A DNA stretch of 63,641 nucleotides, the filler included, from Octopus bimaculoides (taxonomy: Eukaryota), in NCBI RefSeq assembly GCF_001194135.2. It is 5 parts of 5 records of this genome, joined end to end, with 100 filler letters (N's around TTAATTAATTAA, not from the genome) between each part and the next. Parts side by side here need not be neighbours in the genome. Positions count along the whole stretch, not along the records: positions 35,496 to 61,477 come from NC_068994.1; 4 more parts are not named here. The stretch is one strand, 5' to 3'. How positions within the stretch are numbered: position 1 is the stretch's first letter; each line of letters begins with the position of its first letter. This document shows positions 38,207 to 51,399 of the stretch, piece after piece. The position numbers were made by a program, and so were the translations under genes. The notes beneath the pieces are model-generated. The model ran no database searches. It was not told the origin of the DNA and worked only from the letters and a program-made list of their open reading frames with translations.

Positions 38207-38582
38207 ATTAATGATGGAGTGTATGAAGATTACATTGACAACGACAACAGCAGGAAGTGGAGATTAAAAAACAAAAGTTATAGATTGAAAAATAAAAAAA
38301 AATTTGTTTCCTTTATTTATTTATTTATTTGTTTGTTTATTTTTTTTTTACTTTTAACTGAATTTTTCTTGTAAAACAATTATGTTTTAACATGCTTCAC
38401 AAGTAGTTTGCTTCTGGGGGTTTTTGTGAAGGGTCAAAAAACAAAAATAAATCAATAAATAGAATATTTAAAAAAATTCTCTGAAATGATTTTAAATAAA
38501 ATTTTTTAGCCATCGTAATAATAATGATAAATACAATAATAATAATAATAATAATAACAATAATAATAATAATAATAATAAC

Positions 38583-38636
<54 letters not shown>

Positions 38637-38829
38637 NNNNNNNNNNCAAGTAGTTTGCTTCTGGGGGTTTTTGTGAAGGGTCAAAAAACAAAAATAAATC
38701 AATAAATAGAATATTTAAAAAAATTCTCTGAAATGATTTTAAATAAAATTTTTTAGCCATCGTAATAATAATGATAAATACAATAATAATAATAATAATA
38801 ATAACAATAATAATAATAATAATAATAAC

Positions 38830-38885
<56 letters not shown>

Positions 38886-39369
38886 TAGTGAAGATTATCT
38901 TAGTTTTCAACATCAACATGACCTTTAGAAAGAGTTTTCTTGCAAGAACTAACTGTCACTCATTTCATACAAGATTCAGATTTTAGGATGTTTTTTTTTT
39001 CTTTTTTGCCCCAAAGTATGTTTCTTTTAGAAGGTGACCTTTTATAAAAGAGTTTTTTTTTTTAAAATATTTTCTTAAATTATTTATAATGAAACAAACA
39101 TAAAATCTCTCTTTCTCTCTATCCTTCTCTTTCTGTCTCTCTCTTTCTATTGCACTTCTAAATCATATTATATGAAGAATTTACCCATGATCCTCTTTAT
39201 CGTGTATTACTTACTGTGTTTCGAAGCAGCTCATGGCTGTTCCATAAATTTTAATAAGGTTGTTGTGTTATTGTTTGGCAGTTGATATTATTTTAGACAA
39301 GAGATAAATAACAACATCTAATATGTGGAGCAGAAATTATCAGGCTCTGCTGCTACACAGGATTAACAC

Positions 39370-39431
<62 letters not shown>

Positions 39432-39828
39432 AGTGGGGTAGGTCAGTTTATGAGGTAACCTGGGTTTCTCGCTCATAAGGGGTTTAGCCTTATGGCATAT
39501 CTTCAAACCCCAAACACTGCTGGTCTGAGACCTCTTTAAAATATGCAAGGGGAAAGCCTCGTTTTTAAGGGTAAAACCCTAGGTGATTATCTCTCTTTGC
39601 TACCGTCCATCAATCTTCAGCTGCACTGCCATCTAGTGCATCAAAGCACCACAAAAGTAGACGATTGTCTCCCTTCACCTTTGGCTATTGCTTTCCAGCT
39701 GTGGTGCTGCTCTGTGGATTCCAAAAAGCCTGCAGGAATTTTCTAAAAGGCAAGCATGGTCTGATAATCTCTGTCCTGGAGTTCAGGATTCCCCTTGGTA
39801 CAAGAGAGACTTTAACGGTCCTTGGGCA

Positions 39829-39939
39829 TTCGACAATACATAACTTGCACCGTTTTCTCCTGTTGATGTAGAGGTCTGGGTTCATGAGTATTTTCCATGT
39901 GATTGAGTATGGAATCTCTTGTAATTGCCTGATATGGCT
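39829..39939 (-). mobile_element. Penelope-like GIY-YIG endonuclease C-terminal fragment
   Basis: SHIRQLQEIPYSITWKILMNPDLYINRRKRCKLCIVE resembles the ..PY.I.W.IL....Y....KRC.LC..EK motif of Penelope-like elements. Confidence 0.55.
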
Positions 39940-40096
39940 GATATATATTTAAAATATATAGGGTAGCGAATATTTTTAGAAATTTCACTACCAGTGGCCT
40001 AGCATGTATAAAAAGTCAATAGACAACATATTCTCAATATAAAATAGTGTACATATAAACACAAGAAAAACTACCTTTAACAGGTANNNNNNNNNN

Positions 40097-40127
<31 letters not shown>

Positions 40128-40572
40128 GCAGTAATCTCTCGACTGTTGTGGGTGTTACATTCTAAAACCCCCACAATAGGTGAAAATCTGCGAAGTAGAA
40201 TTTATTGCACATAAACTTTATTGGTCTGAAGCAGAATTTTTTCATGGCCCCTGAAAAATTACTGTGAATGCTCAGTTTACTATATTGTATCTTTGGACTC
40301 TCAAAAGTCTTATATGGAACCCCAGTTGAGAACCCCTACACCAAATGATCATGGCTGGACCGCTTTTGAGTATATGGATGTCCTGGGGTTAAACAAGCAA
40401 TGACAACAATGCACCCATAGCACCTTGCTCTTCCCTCTTTCAAATTGTTCAACAACATGTAAAATGTTAGCTATGAGCTTGAGGAAATAGTAGTTAAATT
40501 TTCTGGAAACTACATCTGTATACTAAGAAAAAGAAAGAAAAAAAGGAAGGTCACATTGTATAATGTTAGATG

Positions 40573-40965
40573 GCACTCCATCGCTTACGACGTTAAGGGT
40601 TCCAGTTGATCCGATCAACGGAACAGCCTGCTCGTGAAATTAATGTGCAAGTGGCTGAGCACTCCACAGACACGTGTACCCTTAACGTGGTTCTTGAGGA
40701 GATTCAGCGTGACACAGCTGACCCTTTGAATTACAGGCACAACAGAAACAGGAAGAAAGAGTGAGAGAAAGTTGTGGTGAAAGAGTACAGCAGGGTTCGC
40801 CACCATCCCCTGCCGGAGTCTTGTGGGGCTTTAGGTGTTTTCGCTCAATAAACACTCACAACGCCCGGTCTGGGAATCAAAACCGCGATCCTATGANNNN
40901 NNNNNNNNNNNNNNNNNNNNTATGACCGCGAGTCCGCTGCCCTAACCACTAGGCCATTGTGCCTC
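40573..40965 (-). mobile_element. Young tRNA-derived SINE, family D (~390 bp)
   Basis: Reverse complement begins gaggcacaatggcctagtggttagggcagcggactcgcggtcata (A-box), followed by ggttttgattccc (B-box-like). Confidence 0.85.
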
Positions 40966-41584
40966 CTGTATAGTGTAATCTATGTTAAATTGTGTTGGAT
41001 AGAAAAAAAAAAGAAAATCAAGAATGCTTTTTTATCAAAAGTTTGATAAATTAGGCCTCACCTAGGGCTAAACAACAACAGCTAGAAGATGATTTAGTTA
41101 GCTTATGATGTACTGAATGCCTTCTGCAAAAAAAAAAAAAAGATCTTAATTAATTGAAATTTCCCACTTGGAGAAAAAGTTTAAAAAAATAAAAACCTAA
41201 TGGCAATTGTTAGTGACTTGCAATTAAAAGAAGAAATAATTTCAAAGTAAATTTACATGCTTGTAGGTAAGAAAATAACAATTGCTATTAGTTGTTTTTT
41301 CTTTTTTATTTTATTTAACAAACTGATTAAGAATTATTTACATCATCCATGAACTTAATTGTCCCTATTCATGTCATTGGTCCATTTGAGTTATTTGCCT
41401 TAGTTTATAATCTTTTATCTTTTTCTTTTTTTTAATTTGTTTCAGTCATTGGACTATGGTCATGCTGGGGCACTACCTTCAAAAATATTTTTTTAGTGAA
41501 ACAAATTGACCCCAGTGCTTTTTTTTTATTGATTAGGACAGTTTTGATTTTGTTCTTTTTTAAGCTTACCATGTGAAGAATGAG

Positions 41585-41765
41585 TGAAAGTGCATGGCTT
41601 AGTGGTTAGGGTGTTCCAGTTACAATCACAAAATTATGATTTCAATTCCTGGACCCAGTGGTGCATTGTGTTCTTGAGCAAAACACTTCTTTTCACATTG
41701 CTCCAGTCCATTCAGCTGTAGATGAGCAACCATGTGATGGACTGACATCCTCTTCAGGGGCAATC
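41585..41765 (+). mobile_element. Old tRNA-derived SINE
   Basis: gcatggcttagtggttagggtgtt...tttcaattcc...ttgagcaaaacactt..ttcacattgctccagtcca. Confidence 0.6.
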
Positions 41766-41784
41766 TTGTGCTCATGGACACTTA

Positions 41785-42001
41785 TGAGGAGGTGCTGAAA
41801 GATTCCTGGGTTTGGGTAAAATAAAATACAAGAGGATAAGTTTATTATGATTTTATTCAAGATATTCCCCTTCTCAGACTCACAAACTTGCTGCTGTGGT
41901 TCTTCAGCTTTTCTAAGTCCTGTAAAAGAACTTGGAAAGTTGGGCCTCCAGCCAGGGCCTTCATGACACCCTTAAGGCTAAGAATTTTCCGCACTCCTTT
42001 G
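41785..42001. mobile_element. mariner-derived MITE, copy 1
   Basis: TA|tgaggaggtgctgaaagattcctgg ... ctaagaattttccgcactcctttg|TA; the interior encodes a minus-strand remnant LEKLKNHSSKFVSLR (mariner C-terminus). Confidence 0.7.
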
Positions 42002-42073
42002 TATATACGTATTATATATGTAATTTGTATGTAATATAATCATATATTATGCACTTTAGTGGTTTCTGCATTA

Positions 42074-42290
42074 CAAGGAGTACTGAAAAGCTCCTGGCTT
42101 TGGGTAAAAGAAAATACAGGAGAATCAATTAATTATGTATTTTTTTAAACATATTCCCCTCTCAGATTCACACATCTATTGCAGCAATCCTTCAGTTTTT
42201 CTAAGTCCTGTAAAAGAACTCAGAAGTTTGGGCCTCCAATCAGGCTTTTCATGCTATCCCTAAAACCAGGAACTTTTCAGCACTCTCTCA
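42074..42290. mobile_element. mariner-derived MITE, copy 2
   Basis: TA|caaggagtactgaaaagctcctgg ... ccaggaacttttcagcactctctca|TA; homologous to copy 1. Confidence 0.7.
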
Positions 42291-42799
42291 TATAAGTCAG
42301 GGAAACTGAGTTACCGGCCATATGAGTCCTAAAACTCAAGACAATACTTATTTATTCATGTGATGAGTAACAAGAATTTCCTACATGCAACCAAGATGAA
42401 AGGATTGAGAGCTGTTGCTGTAGTATAATAATGGGACAAATATAAAGAGAAGTATTGTTTAGTATGTATATCCATGAGACAAGTTTAGTATGTATATCCA
42501 TGAGACAAAGTGGGTGGGGCTACAGAATGTTCAACCTCTGAATGAGATAACATGACTGAAGTGTACATATTATTCCATTGTGCACTTAAGTAGCCCTTGC
42601 TTTGCACCAGTGTTCCACAGTGTGTGTCTACAGAGATGCATAAATAAATTGGTAATACTTACATACAAACACACATACATATATACATAGATGCATTTAT
42701 ATATATATATATTTCAATTGAATATACAGACATGCATACGCACATTTATATCTCCCTCCCTCTCTCGCTCTATCTTGCTCTCTATCTCTCTCTTTATAT

Positions 42800-42842
<43 letters not shown>

Positions 42843-43884
42843 AACTGAGGAGAGTGTAACAACACAAAACAACTATTGTTGAAATCTTGATCACATGCTC
42901 TCTTTCTCTCTCTACTCTCTCTCCCCCTCTCTCTATCTATCTATTTATCTCTATCTCTCTGTTCCTCTCCCTCTCCCCTTCTTACTCTCTAATTAAGCCG
43001 GTGTTTTAGCATAGCGTAAAACAAATCTTCAAGGCAACAATAAACACACGTTCACAAGCAAGACATGCAGTTCTGTTTGCTTTAGTTTGGCAGACTGATT
43101 AAAGAAAATGGTTCCACCCTTACTTTACAGTTGAGTGGTTAGTGGCAAGACAGGTATTGAACTGTAAAAGCAACAACTCCTCCAACTCACCACCATTCAA
43201 CAACCCACTCCTGGTAAAATGGATGAGAAAAAAAAAGAGAGTAAAACAAACCAAAAAGAAAAAAAAAGCAAAGAATGATTGTCATCTGCGTTGGAGTGGG
43301 TGGCAGACCGATAATTAACCTCGAATACTTTTTGTGAAAGTGAAACCTTGTTATATGCATAAGAGAATAATTATAACATGCCTCTGTTTTACTGAGGTAT
43401 ATTGCCTGTGAGGAGAGTCTTAAGGATGCTCAGAATCACAGTGATGCATTTGCTAATCAAGTGTTCTCCATAAACTTGGTGTTTTAACCAAAAACTGTTT
43501 CCACAGCAAGTACTGATGGAATATAACAGATGTCAAGAGGCAAACATCAAACATTCAAGATTCAAAGAGAGTGACCCACACTTTCTCATCCCCCACCAAA
43601 TCTCCATTGTGATAAATACCCACTGGCTCCTCTATACTACCTTTGACTTGAACAACCACCTCAGGCACCAGCACCTTTTGTACCCATCAAGATGAAGAGA
43701 CTCAATCACTAGGTATAAATCTACTACTCAGATATGAATTAATGATGCTGATGACAAGATTAAGTCACAGCAGGTGTGCTGTAACAAGTTGTAAAATAAA
43801 TATTTTCAGGTGTTTTTGTTCATGTTATTGTTTAGTCCCAGTCAAATGAGTTTAATGGGTAAAATTATAATAATAATAATGATG

Positions 43885-43945
<61 letters not shown>

Positions 43946-44611
43946 TAATAATAATAATAATAATAATAACAATAATAACACTATGGAATANNNNNNNNNN
44001 NNNNNNNNNNNNNNNNNNNNNNNNNNNNNNNNNNNNNNNNNNNNNNNNNNNNNNNNNNNNNNNNNNNNNNNNNNNNNNNNNNNNNNNNNNNNNNNNNNNN
44101 NNNNNNNNNNNNNNNNNNNNNNNNNNNNNNNNNNNNNNNNNNNNNNNNNNNNNNNNNNNNNNNNNNNNNNNNNNNNNNNNNNNNNNNNNNNNNNNNNNNN
44201 NNNNNNNNNNNNNNNNNNNNNNNNNNNNNNNNNNNNNNNNNNNNNNNNNNNNNNNNNNNNNNNNNNNNNNNNNNNNNNNNNNNNNNNNNNNNNNNNNNNN
44301 NNNNNNNNNNNNNNNNNNNNNNNNNNNNNNNNNNNNNNNNNNNNNNNNNNNNNNNNNNNNNNNNNNNNNNNNNNNNNNNNNNNNNNNNNNNNNNNNNNNN
44401 NNNNNNNNNNNNNNNNNNNNNNNNNNNNNNNNNNNNNNNNNNNNNNNNNNNNNNNNNNNNNNNNNNNNNNNNNNNNNNNNNNNNNNNNNNNNNNNNNNNN
44501 NNNNNNNNNNNNNNNNNNNNNNNNNNNNNNNNNNNNNNNNNNNNNNNNNNNNNNNNNNNNNNNNNNNNNNNNNNNNNNNNNNNNNNNNNNNNNNNNNNNN
44601 NNNNNNNNNNN

Positions 44612-44746
44612 CACACATCCTACGCGAAACACTTTCAATACAGTAACCATAAGAGCATCACAGCAAACCACAGCACATACCCAAGGCACACAGAGCTGCG
44701 CTCGGTAGTGAAGTGAAAGCACGTTATAAAAATAAAACTACTGAAC

Positions 44747-44750
<4 letters not shown>
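44612..44750 (+). mobile_element. R4/Dong-type LINE 3' end
   Basis: Nearly identical to 3272-3410; (AAT)n tail. Confidence 0.8.
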
Positions 44751-44801
<51 letters not shown>

Positions 44802-45118
44802 TCACCTATGTAATCCCCAAAACATTTTAATATGTAAACAGCATTAAAATACTTTTAAATGTACATAATAGCAAACACCTTTTACTGTCATCTTAACATC
44901 ACACTTTCATCTCATAATCGAATTACTTTTAAAACAAACTTCAAATTTATGTTTTGACAGACATTCTCTAGAACAAAACTCTGTGCAAAACCAAATATAT
45001 GGCACCCTAGTCATAAGACCAACTTGAACTTCTAACTTGTCTCTTAAGGTCTCTGGGTGAATAAACACAAAGCAAATACGTAATGATAATAATGATGATG
45101 ATGATGATGATGATGATG

Positions 45119-45150
<32 letters not shown>

Positions 45151-45645
45151 CATAATAATCATAATAATAATAATAATAGCAACAGGCATAGCTGTGTGGT
45201 ATGAAGTTATTATGTGTTTTTCTTTTATAAAATACACACATACAAGAGGTTCATGTATGAAATTGTTCTTTTCTCTTCTTCAGTTATTACATATTTTTCT
45301 CTTATAAAAATACACACATACAGGAGGAGTAAATTACATATATAATGATATTTTGCATGTGGCTCCCAAGAAACAGTAAAAGTAATTACCCGATCAACGA
45401 CGGGTATTACTACTAGTAGTAAATATATAGAAAATAAGTTTAAACGAATTATGAGCTATACTCATACATATACACATATATCTTTATATATGTGCGCATA
45501 TGTTTATATTTGATGTCTGCACATACATACATACATACATACATACATACACACACACACATACACATACATATATACATACACATATACAGGCATCCAT
45601 ACATATATGAATGTTATATGTATGTGTGAAAGTATGTGTGTCTGC

Positions 45646-45688
<43 letters not shown>

Positions 45689-45844
45689 GATACATATATA
45701 CATACATACATGCATACATACAAACATACATGCATATATATCTACGTGTGTATGTATATCAAGTGTTCTAGGTAGAGAGAGCATGTTAATGTGTCTGAGA
45801 AAATGACAAGATGGACATGGTTTCATTGTAGCCTAATAAATGAA

Positions 45845-46060
45845 GAAGCATTTATGCAGTTGTTTATTTAGCCTACAAGAAATAACAACCAAATCCCTCA
45901 CAAATCCTACCCTATCATTTTTACATAAAGGAAAGTATATATTGGATAATGCTGTCTTAGTCTAAATAGATTGGATAGTCATGGCTGGAACCCTTTTAAT
46001 CATAGATCTGCTTGATCAGGGCCAGTTTAAATACTGAAAACAGTATTAAATAATGATAAC
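45845..46060 (+). repeat. Interspersed repeat family G, copy 1
   Basis: Direct homologue at 47300-47510 (atgcagttgttt..agcctacaagaaata.caaccaaatc...ttggataatg.tgtctt.gtctaaa). Confidence 0.7.
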
Positions 46061-47299
46061 AAGAACAGAGCTGGCCCTTCATACTGCGCCAATTATGCAA
46101 AATAAGACAAAGCTTCATTGTATTTACAGCATAGTATTCATGTGACAAGTACTTCAAATTTCTATGCCTATGGTTTAAATATTCACTTGATTTTTAGAGA
46201 AGTGAAAAATGGAACAGTGAGTTATAATGAGCTCATTAAATCTTAATTACTTATTAAACAACCAATATCATTTATGTGGCATCAGAAGAGAAAAAATGAT
46301 GCAAATAATATATTAAAAATAATCTTTTTTGGCAATTCATCATTGCTGTAATATGATGTTACCACAGTGAAGGAAGCATAGCATGAAAGTAAAATTGATG
46401 ATTTTTTGTAGCAGACAATGCGTAATATGACACATGAAACCACCATTGATATATTGTAGAACCTGCTAGAGGTCAAGTTTTAGGAAGCCATAGAAAATAA
46501 TTTATAATATTACTTGCTTCAGGCAACTGCTGTAAAGTAGAATGTGAGCATTCAATGAGTTAAATTGACTACCTTGTTTCAATCTCCAGCTGGTAACTAT
46601 TCTACATTGTTTAATGAATTGGCATAGTTATTAGAGTGTCAAGTGAAGTACTTTCTGATATTTTGATTCAGCTCCCAATTTCACCCTGTGTTCAAATCCT
46701 ACTGAAGTCAAGTTTTCCTTTTATTCTTCCATAGTTTTCTAAATAAAGTATCAGTAAAGAGTGGTGGATTAGAATTGTTAGAGCATTAGACAAGCTATCT
46801 TGCAGTATCTATTTCAAGTCTTGGCATTCTGGGTTCAAATCCTCTGTTGGTTAACTTAGCTTTTTATCTAGTTGGGGGTGGGGTTCAATAAGTAAATACC
46901 AAATCGAGATGGTGGATTAGCAGAATTGCTTGGGCGTCATATGAGTTAAGTAATAGTCATTTTTTTTTCAGGCTCTTTGCATTGTGAACTCAGATTTCAC
47001 CTGTCACTGGTTTTCTCATTGAGCCTTTGAGAGAATAAAATAAAAAAGACGATAGGTTGCCAATGTCTGATAGAGTGATACAGTAACTGTTGAAAAGCTT
47101 TGGTTGCATCAATGTAAATCGAATAAACAGCACAAAGCAAGGTAAATACTTAGAACAGCAAATAAATATATTATGTATTAGTGGGAGTGGTGTCCTCATC
47201 TTGGTTGTTACTTTTCACTACATTTCAGTTGTGCACACTTCAGCCTCCTTCAAGTGTCTTGTGATTTACATTAGTGATTCACCTTAGACTAATAAGCAA

Positions 47300-47510
47300 G
47301 GAAGCCTTTATGCAGTTGTTTAGCCTACAAGAAATAGCAACCAAATCATTCTCAAATCCCACCCTATCATTTTTACATAAAAGGAAAACATATATTGGAT
47401 AATGTTGTCTTGGTCTAAAAACGATGTTTTTTTATGGAAAATTGCACAAATCTGTCCTGATCAAGAGGCCTATCTGCTGGGGAAGTCATGGTCTGACATG
47501 GAATAAACAA
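47300..47510 (+). repeat. Interspersed repeat family G, copy 2
   Basis: See 45845-46060. Confidence 0.7.
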
Positions 47511-47595
47511 AAATTTATATGACACTCTATTGTAAAAATTGTCCAGCAACAGCAGGCTATTCAGCTAGTACAAAAAAAGACAAAGCTTCCTTTTG

Positions 47596-47726
47596 GTGAC
47601 TGCACAGCATTTCAGTGCCTTTATCCACTAAGCTATGTCCATAGGCAATGTCAGAATGAACTCTTATGCTTACAGGTATAGTTTAATAGTGTAGTGGATA
47701 AAGGTGCTGAAATACTGTGCAGTCAC
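47596..47726. repeat. 35-bp inverted repeat (32/35 Watson-Crick)
   Basis: gtgactgcacagcatttcagtgcctttatccacta versus tagtggataaaggtgctgaaatactgtgcagtcac. Confidence 0.9.
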
Positions 47727-47822
47727 AAAGTGAATCACAATACACCTGCAGAAGGCTGGAACATACAACAAGCGAAATGTAGTGAAAGAAACAAAGCAAA
47801 GAACACCACATTGTCTAATATA

Positions 47823-47880
47823 CAGGGTGGGCCAAAAGTTACGCACCAAAACATTTAGCACTTAATTTATATTGTTGTTG

Positions 47881-47951
<71 letters not shown>

Positions 47952-48252
47952 TCCAAATTCCACCAAAGTTGACTTTACCTTTCATCCTTTTGGGGGGTCA
48001 ATGAAATTAAGTACTAGTGAAACACAAGGGGTGATGTAATCGACGGGACCCCTCTCCACAAATTTCAGGCCTTGTACCTTTAGTAGAGAGGATAATTGCT
48101 ATTATTATTATGGTTATTATTCATTTTGTCCATCAGGTACAAGTACATGTATATTCATTATTATTTTATTCAATTTTACTAAAATAGAAGCATGCTTTTG
48201 ATAATTCTGGAGTGTATTGAACATGTTGGTGCATAAACTTTGGCCCACCCTG
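47823..48252. mobile_element. Tc1/mariner MITE containing (TTA)n and a SINE family A fragment
   Basis: TA|CAGGGTGGGCCAAAAGTTACGCACCAA ... TTGGTGCATAAACTTTGGCCCACCCTG|TA. Confidence 0.85.
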
Positions 48253-48308
48253 TATAACAAATTCCTCATCTCAGAAATAATAAACTGTAATAGCAAATGA
48301 ATAAATAA

Positions 48309-48656
48309 GCAAGAGTACTCAGTAAGTGCAAACTTCCACCAAGGCAATATCAACATCCATCCTCTCAATGATTAGTTGGAGAGGATTTTTAAAATGAGAA
48401 TATCTGAAATATACTCAACTGCTCTCACAAATGAGAATACTCAAAAATTAAGTGAAAAAATCAGGAAAATAATCCAGAATCCTTGTCTAATACCGAATTG
48501 ATCCCAAAATCTAATCACTTTGTGCTAGTTGCAACGCCAAATATCTCTAATAGTTTCATCTGAATCCATTCAACGGTTCTTGAGATATCTTGTCCACGGA
48601 CAAACAAACAAACAGGACTGAAGACAATACCTCTGCCTTCGCTGAGGCAGAGGTAA

Positions 48657-48657
<1 letters not shown>
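48309..48657 (-). mobile_element. Apparently complete Helentron-associated non-autonomous element (HINE/DINE-1-like)
   Basis: Minus strand: 5' ttattacctctgcc with the adjacent inverted copy ggcagaggt, (GTTT)n, 3' sub-terminal gccttggtggaagt and a short palindrome gcacttactgagtac; T-rich flanks. Confidence 0.7.
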
Positions 48658-48695
<38 letters not shown>

Positions 48696-49569
48696 ATACT
48701 GTATTTGATGTCATGAACGATGCATGGTCTTATTAGTCTCACCCCAATTTCAGTAGCACATATTAGGGAAAATTTTTTTTTTAAGTGCATTAAAGCTTAT
48801 GGGAGGACTAACTTCACATATAGGACCTGGGGTGATTTTTCGAGCCACATTTTTTTGGGGAAAGAAAAACACAAAACACCTTATATGCCTGCTAATACAA
48901 AAGGAATTGAAAAACATTAAAAAATAAAAAATATTAAAAATGTAGTCTTAAGTCTATGATGCCTTTGGAAATATTTTCAGACTTCACAATTCTCATTTCT
49001 TTTCTGACACATTTCATATATCTAATAGGGATAATCTAATTATATCAAATTATAACTTAATTATTTCTAATTATTTCATTTTCTTGTACCTAATAGGAAA
49101 CCCTCTATGAAGTCTCTCACTTGGTTAGAAATAGCAGCCAAATTTCCCTCCAGTAACACCCTACTGCAACAAAAAAATAAGACTGCTGGAAGACGTTTGA
49201 TCATAGTCAGGGTTAATTGAGAGCTTAGCAGCAGCAAACGCTGCAGTAGTAGTAACAGCAACAGCAGCAAAAGCAACAACAGCAGCAGCATCAGCAGCAA
49301 CAACAACAACAACAGCAACAGTATTTGCAGCAACAGCAACAACAACAGCAGCTGAAGCAGCAGCAGCAACAGCAATGACAAGAGCAGTAGTAATGACAAC
49401 AACAATTTCAAACAGAGCTTACCTATCCACAATTATTGCTATTTCCCTGTTTGAACAAAGCCATTGAGAAGCCTATAGATAGTTGCTCAAACTGCTAGAT
49501 ATTGCAGCCAAATTACACCTTGGTTTTAAAGAAGGAATGCTTCCTTTAAATAATGTAAATGTACATAAC

Positions 49570-49675
<106 letters not shown>

Positions 49676-50465
49676 CAGACAGTGACAGAGACAGACAGAC
49701 AGACAGAATCTAGATGAGTTTTTATTTGGAGTTACTGCTCTTTTAGAAGATCAGGGGACTACAGTAAAAAGAAAAAAAGTTAAGGGCTGTTAAGTCAAGA
49801 CGAGGTGAAGTATTGAACACTGGAAAAACGAGCTTTGAGAAGAAACAGGCAAGAGCACGTCTTGTCTTTAGGAAGGAAGTGGAAGAAAGAAAGATAGATA
49901 GCCATTGGTCCCGTGTGAGCAATGAGAGAGTCAAAGAGGAAGAGTGAGAGAGAGAGAGAGAAAAGAATGGTGAAGGGGAGAGGAGAAGTATAAGGAAAGG
50001 GTGGGAAAGAAAAACAGAAAGGAAGAGGAACAAGGGAGGAAGATAGAGATAGGATGTAGAGTGCACATCGGAATTATCAGGATAAAACTTACTTGGAAAT
50101 GGATGCATGGCATTGAAAGAGCTACTAATAGTTTCATGCTTTTATGATACCTGAACAGGCATACTTATGAAATATGCCATATATCTTGAGACAATCTGTT
50201 TATGCTTTATTTATATTTTAAAAAACAAGGATGCTGGACAGTGAGAAAATAAGGGAAAAAATGTGGAAAAAAAACATGTAGAAGGTTGGTGCAAAAAATG
50301 GAACAAAAACATATAAATGAAATCAAAAAACCTAAGAATCCTCATCCTCTCTGATTGCAGAAAGAAGATTAAATACAACTGGTATATAAACAAAATAATA
50401 GAAAATATGCCAAAGATAGACAGATTGATAGAGAGAGAGAGATAGATAGACAGACAAATAGATAG

Positions 50466-50529
<64 letters not shown>

Positions 50530-50644
50530 ATTGTTGTATTTCAGGATAGTCAATTTGTTTCTTTTTTTTTTGCCAAATAAACACATGCACTATATATTCG
50601 TTCTTCACTCGTTTATTGCTAATCTTATTCCAACTCATGTCCAT

Positions 50645-50690
50645 TGTCCAGAGATCTTTTGTCACAAATCTGTGACCTCTTCAGCAACAC
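50645..50690 (-). ncRNA. Degenerate minimal hammerhead motif
   Basis: Minus strand gtgttg-CUGAAGA-g-GUCACA gauu UGUGAC-AAAA-GAUCU-C-tggac: 6-bp stem II, palindromic AGAUCU stem III, G12>A, eroded stem I. Confidence 0.45.
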
Positions 50691-50769
50691 TTTATGTCCT
50701 CGTGAGTACTCCTGCTCTGCTTAGTCCATGCTCTTCTTTTATGATGTGTATCCTTACATACAATATATG

Positions 50770-50848
<79 letters not shown>

Positions 50849-51248
50849 CATATATACACACACATGTGTAACCACATGCATATATATATATAAACATTTA
50901 TATACATTTATATATATATACATACACATGCATATACAAACATATACACTTATTCTCTCCCCCCCTCTCTCTCTATCACACACACACACATGCATGTACA
51001 TGCGTGTCAACAACCATATATACACAGACATTTGGCCATGTTGTCAACAAACCTGATCCCTGTTATATTATCTGTATTTCCTAGATGATATGAATTCTTA
51101 GTATGGGGAAATAAAACTGAAGAGACACAAAAGGAGGAAGAAACAGAAAGAGAAACGAGAAGTATAAGACGTTGCTGAGCAACACTACGTCTGGATTTTT
51201 TATGAAATTAAGTGGCTGTCTTTTTATTTCTCTTTTACATGCATGCAT

Positions 51249-51297
<49 letters not shown>

Positions 51298-51399
51298 CAC
51301 GCNNNNNNNNNNCACACACAAACACACACACACACACACGCACACACACACACACATACACACACATACACATACACACATGCATTCACAGAGGCATGC

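Noticed and set aside
38399-38880. Apparent ~240-bp tandem duplication
   Set aside because: Identical copies flank a 10-N gap, as also at 2555-2620, 27731-27880 and 51243-51340; typical of unmerged contig overlaps.
42457-42508. 26-bp perfect tandem duplication
   Set aside because: Two copies only; an ordinary slippage event.
5991-44722. Long ORFs (up to ~500 aa) in the ORF track
   Set aside because: They consist of X from N-gaps or of YI/HT/CV/poly-I/poly-M runs from microsatellites; no domain content.
46968-47025. tttttcag|GCTCTTTGCATTGTG... reading ALCIVNSDFTCH, resembling a Cys-rich exon
   Set aside because: Lies within a degenerate SINE family A copy and hits a stop within 17 codons.
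49097-49211. Open exon-like segment KPSMKSLTWLEIAAKFP...
   Set aside because: Its core (agaaatagcagccaaatttccctc..acaccctac) matches interspersed repeat family G.
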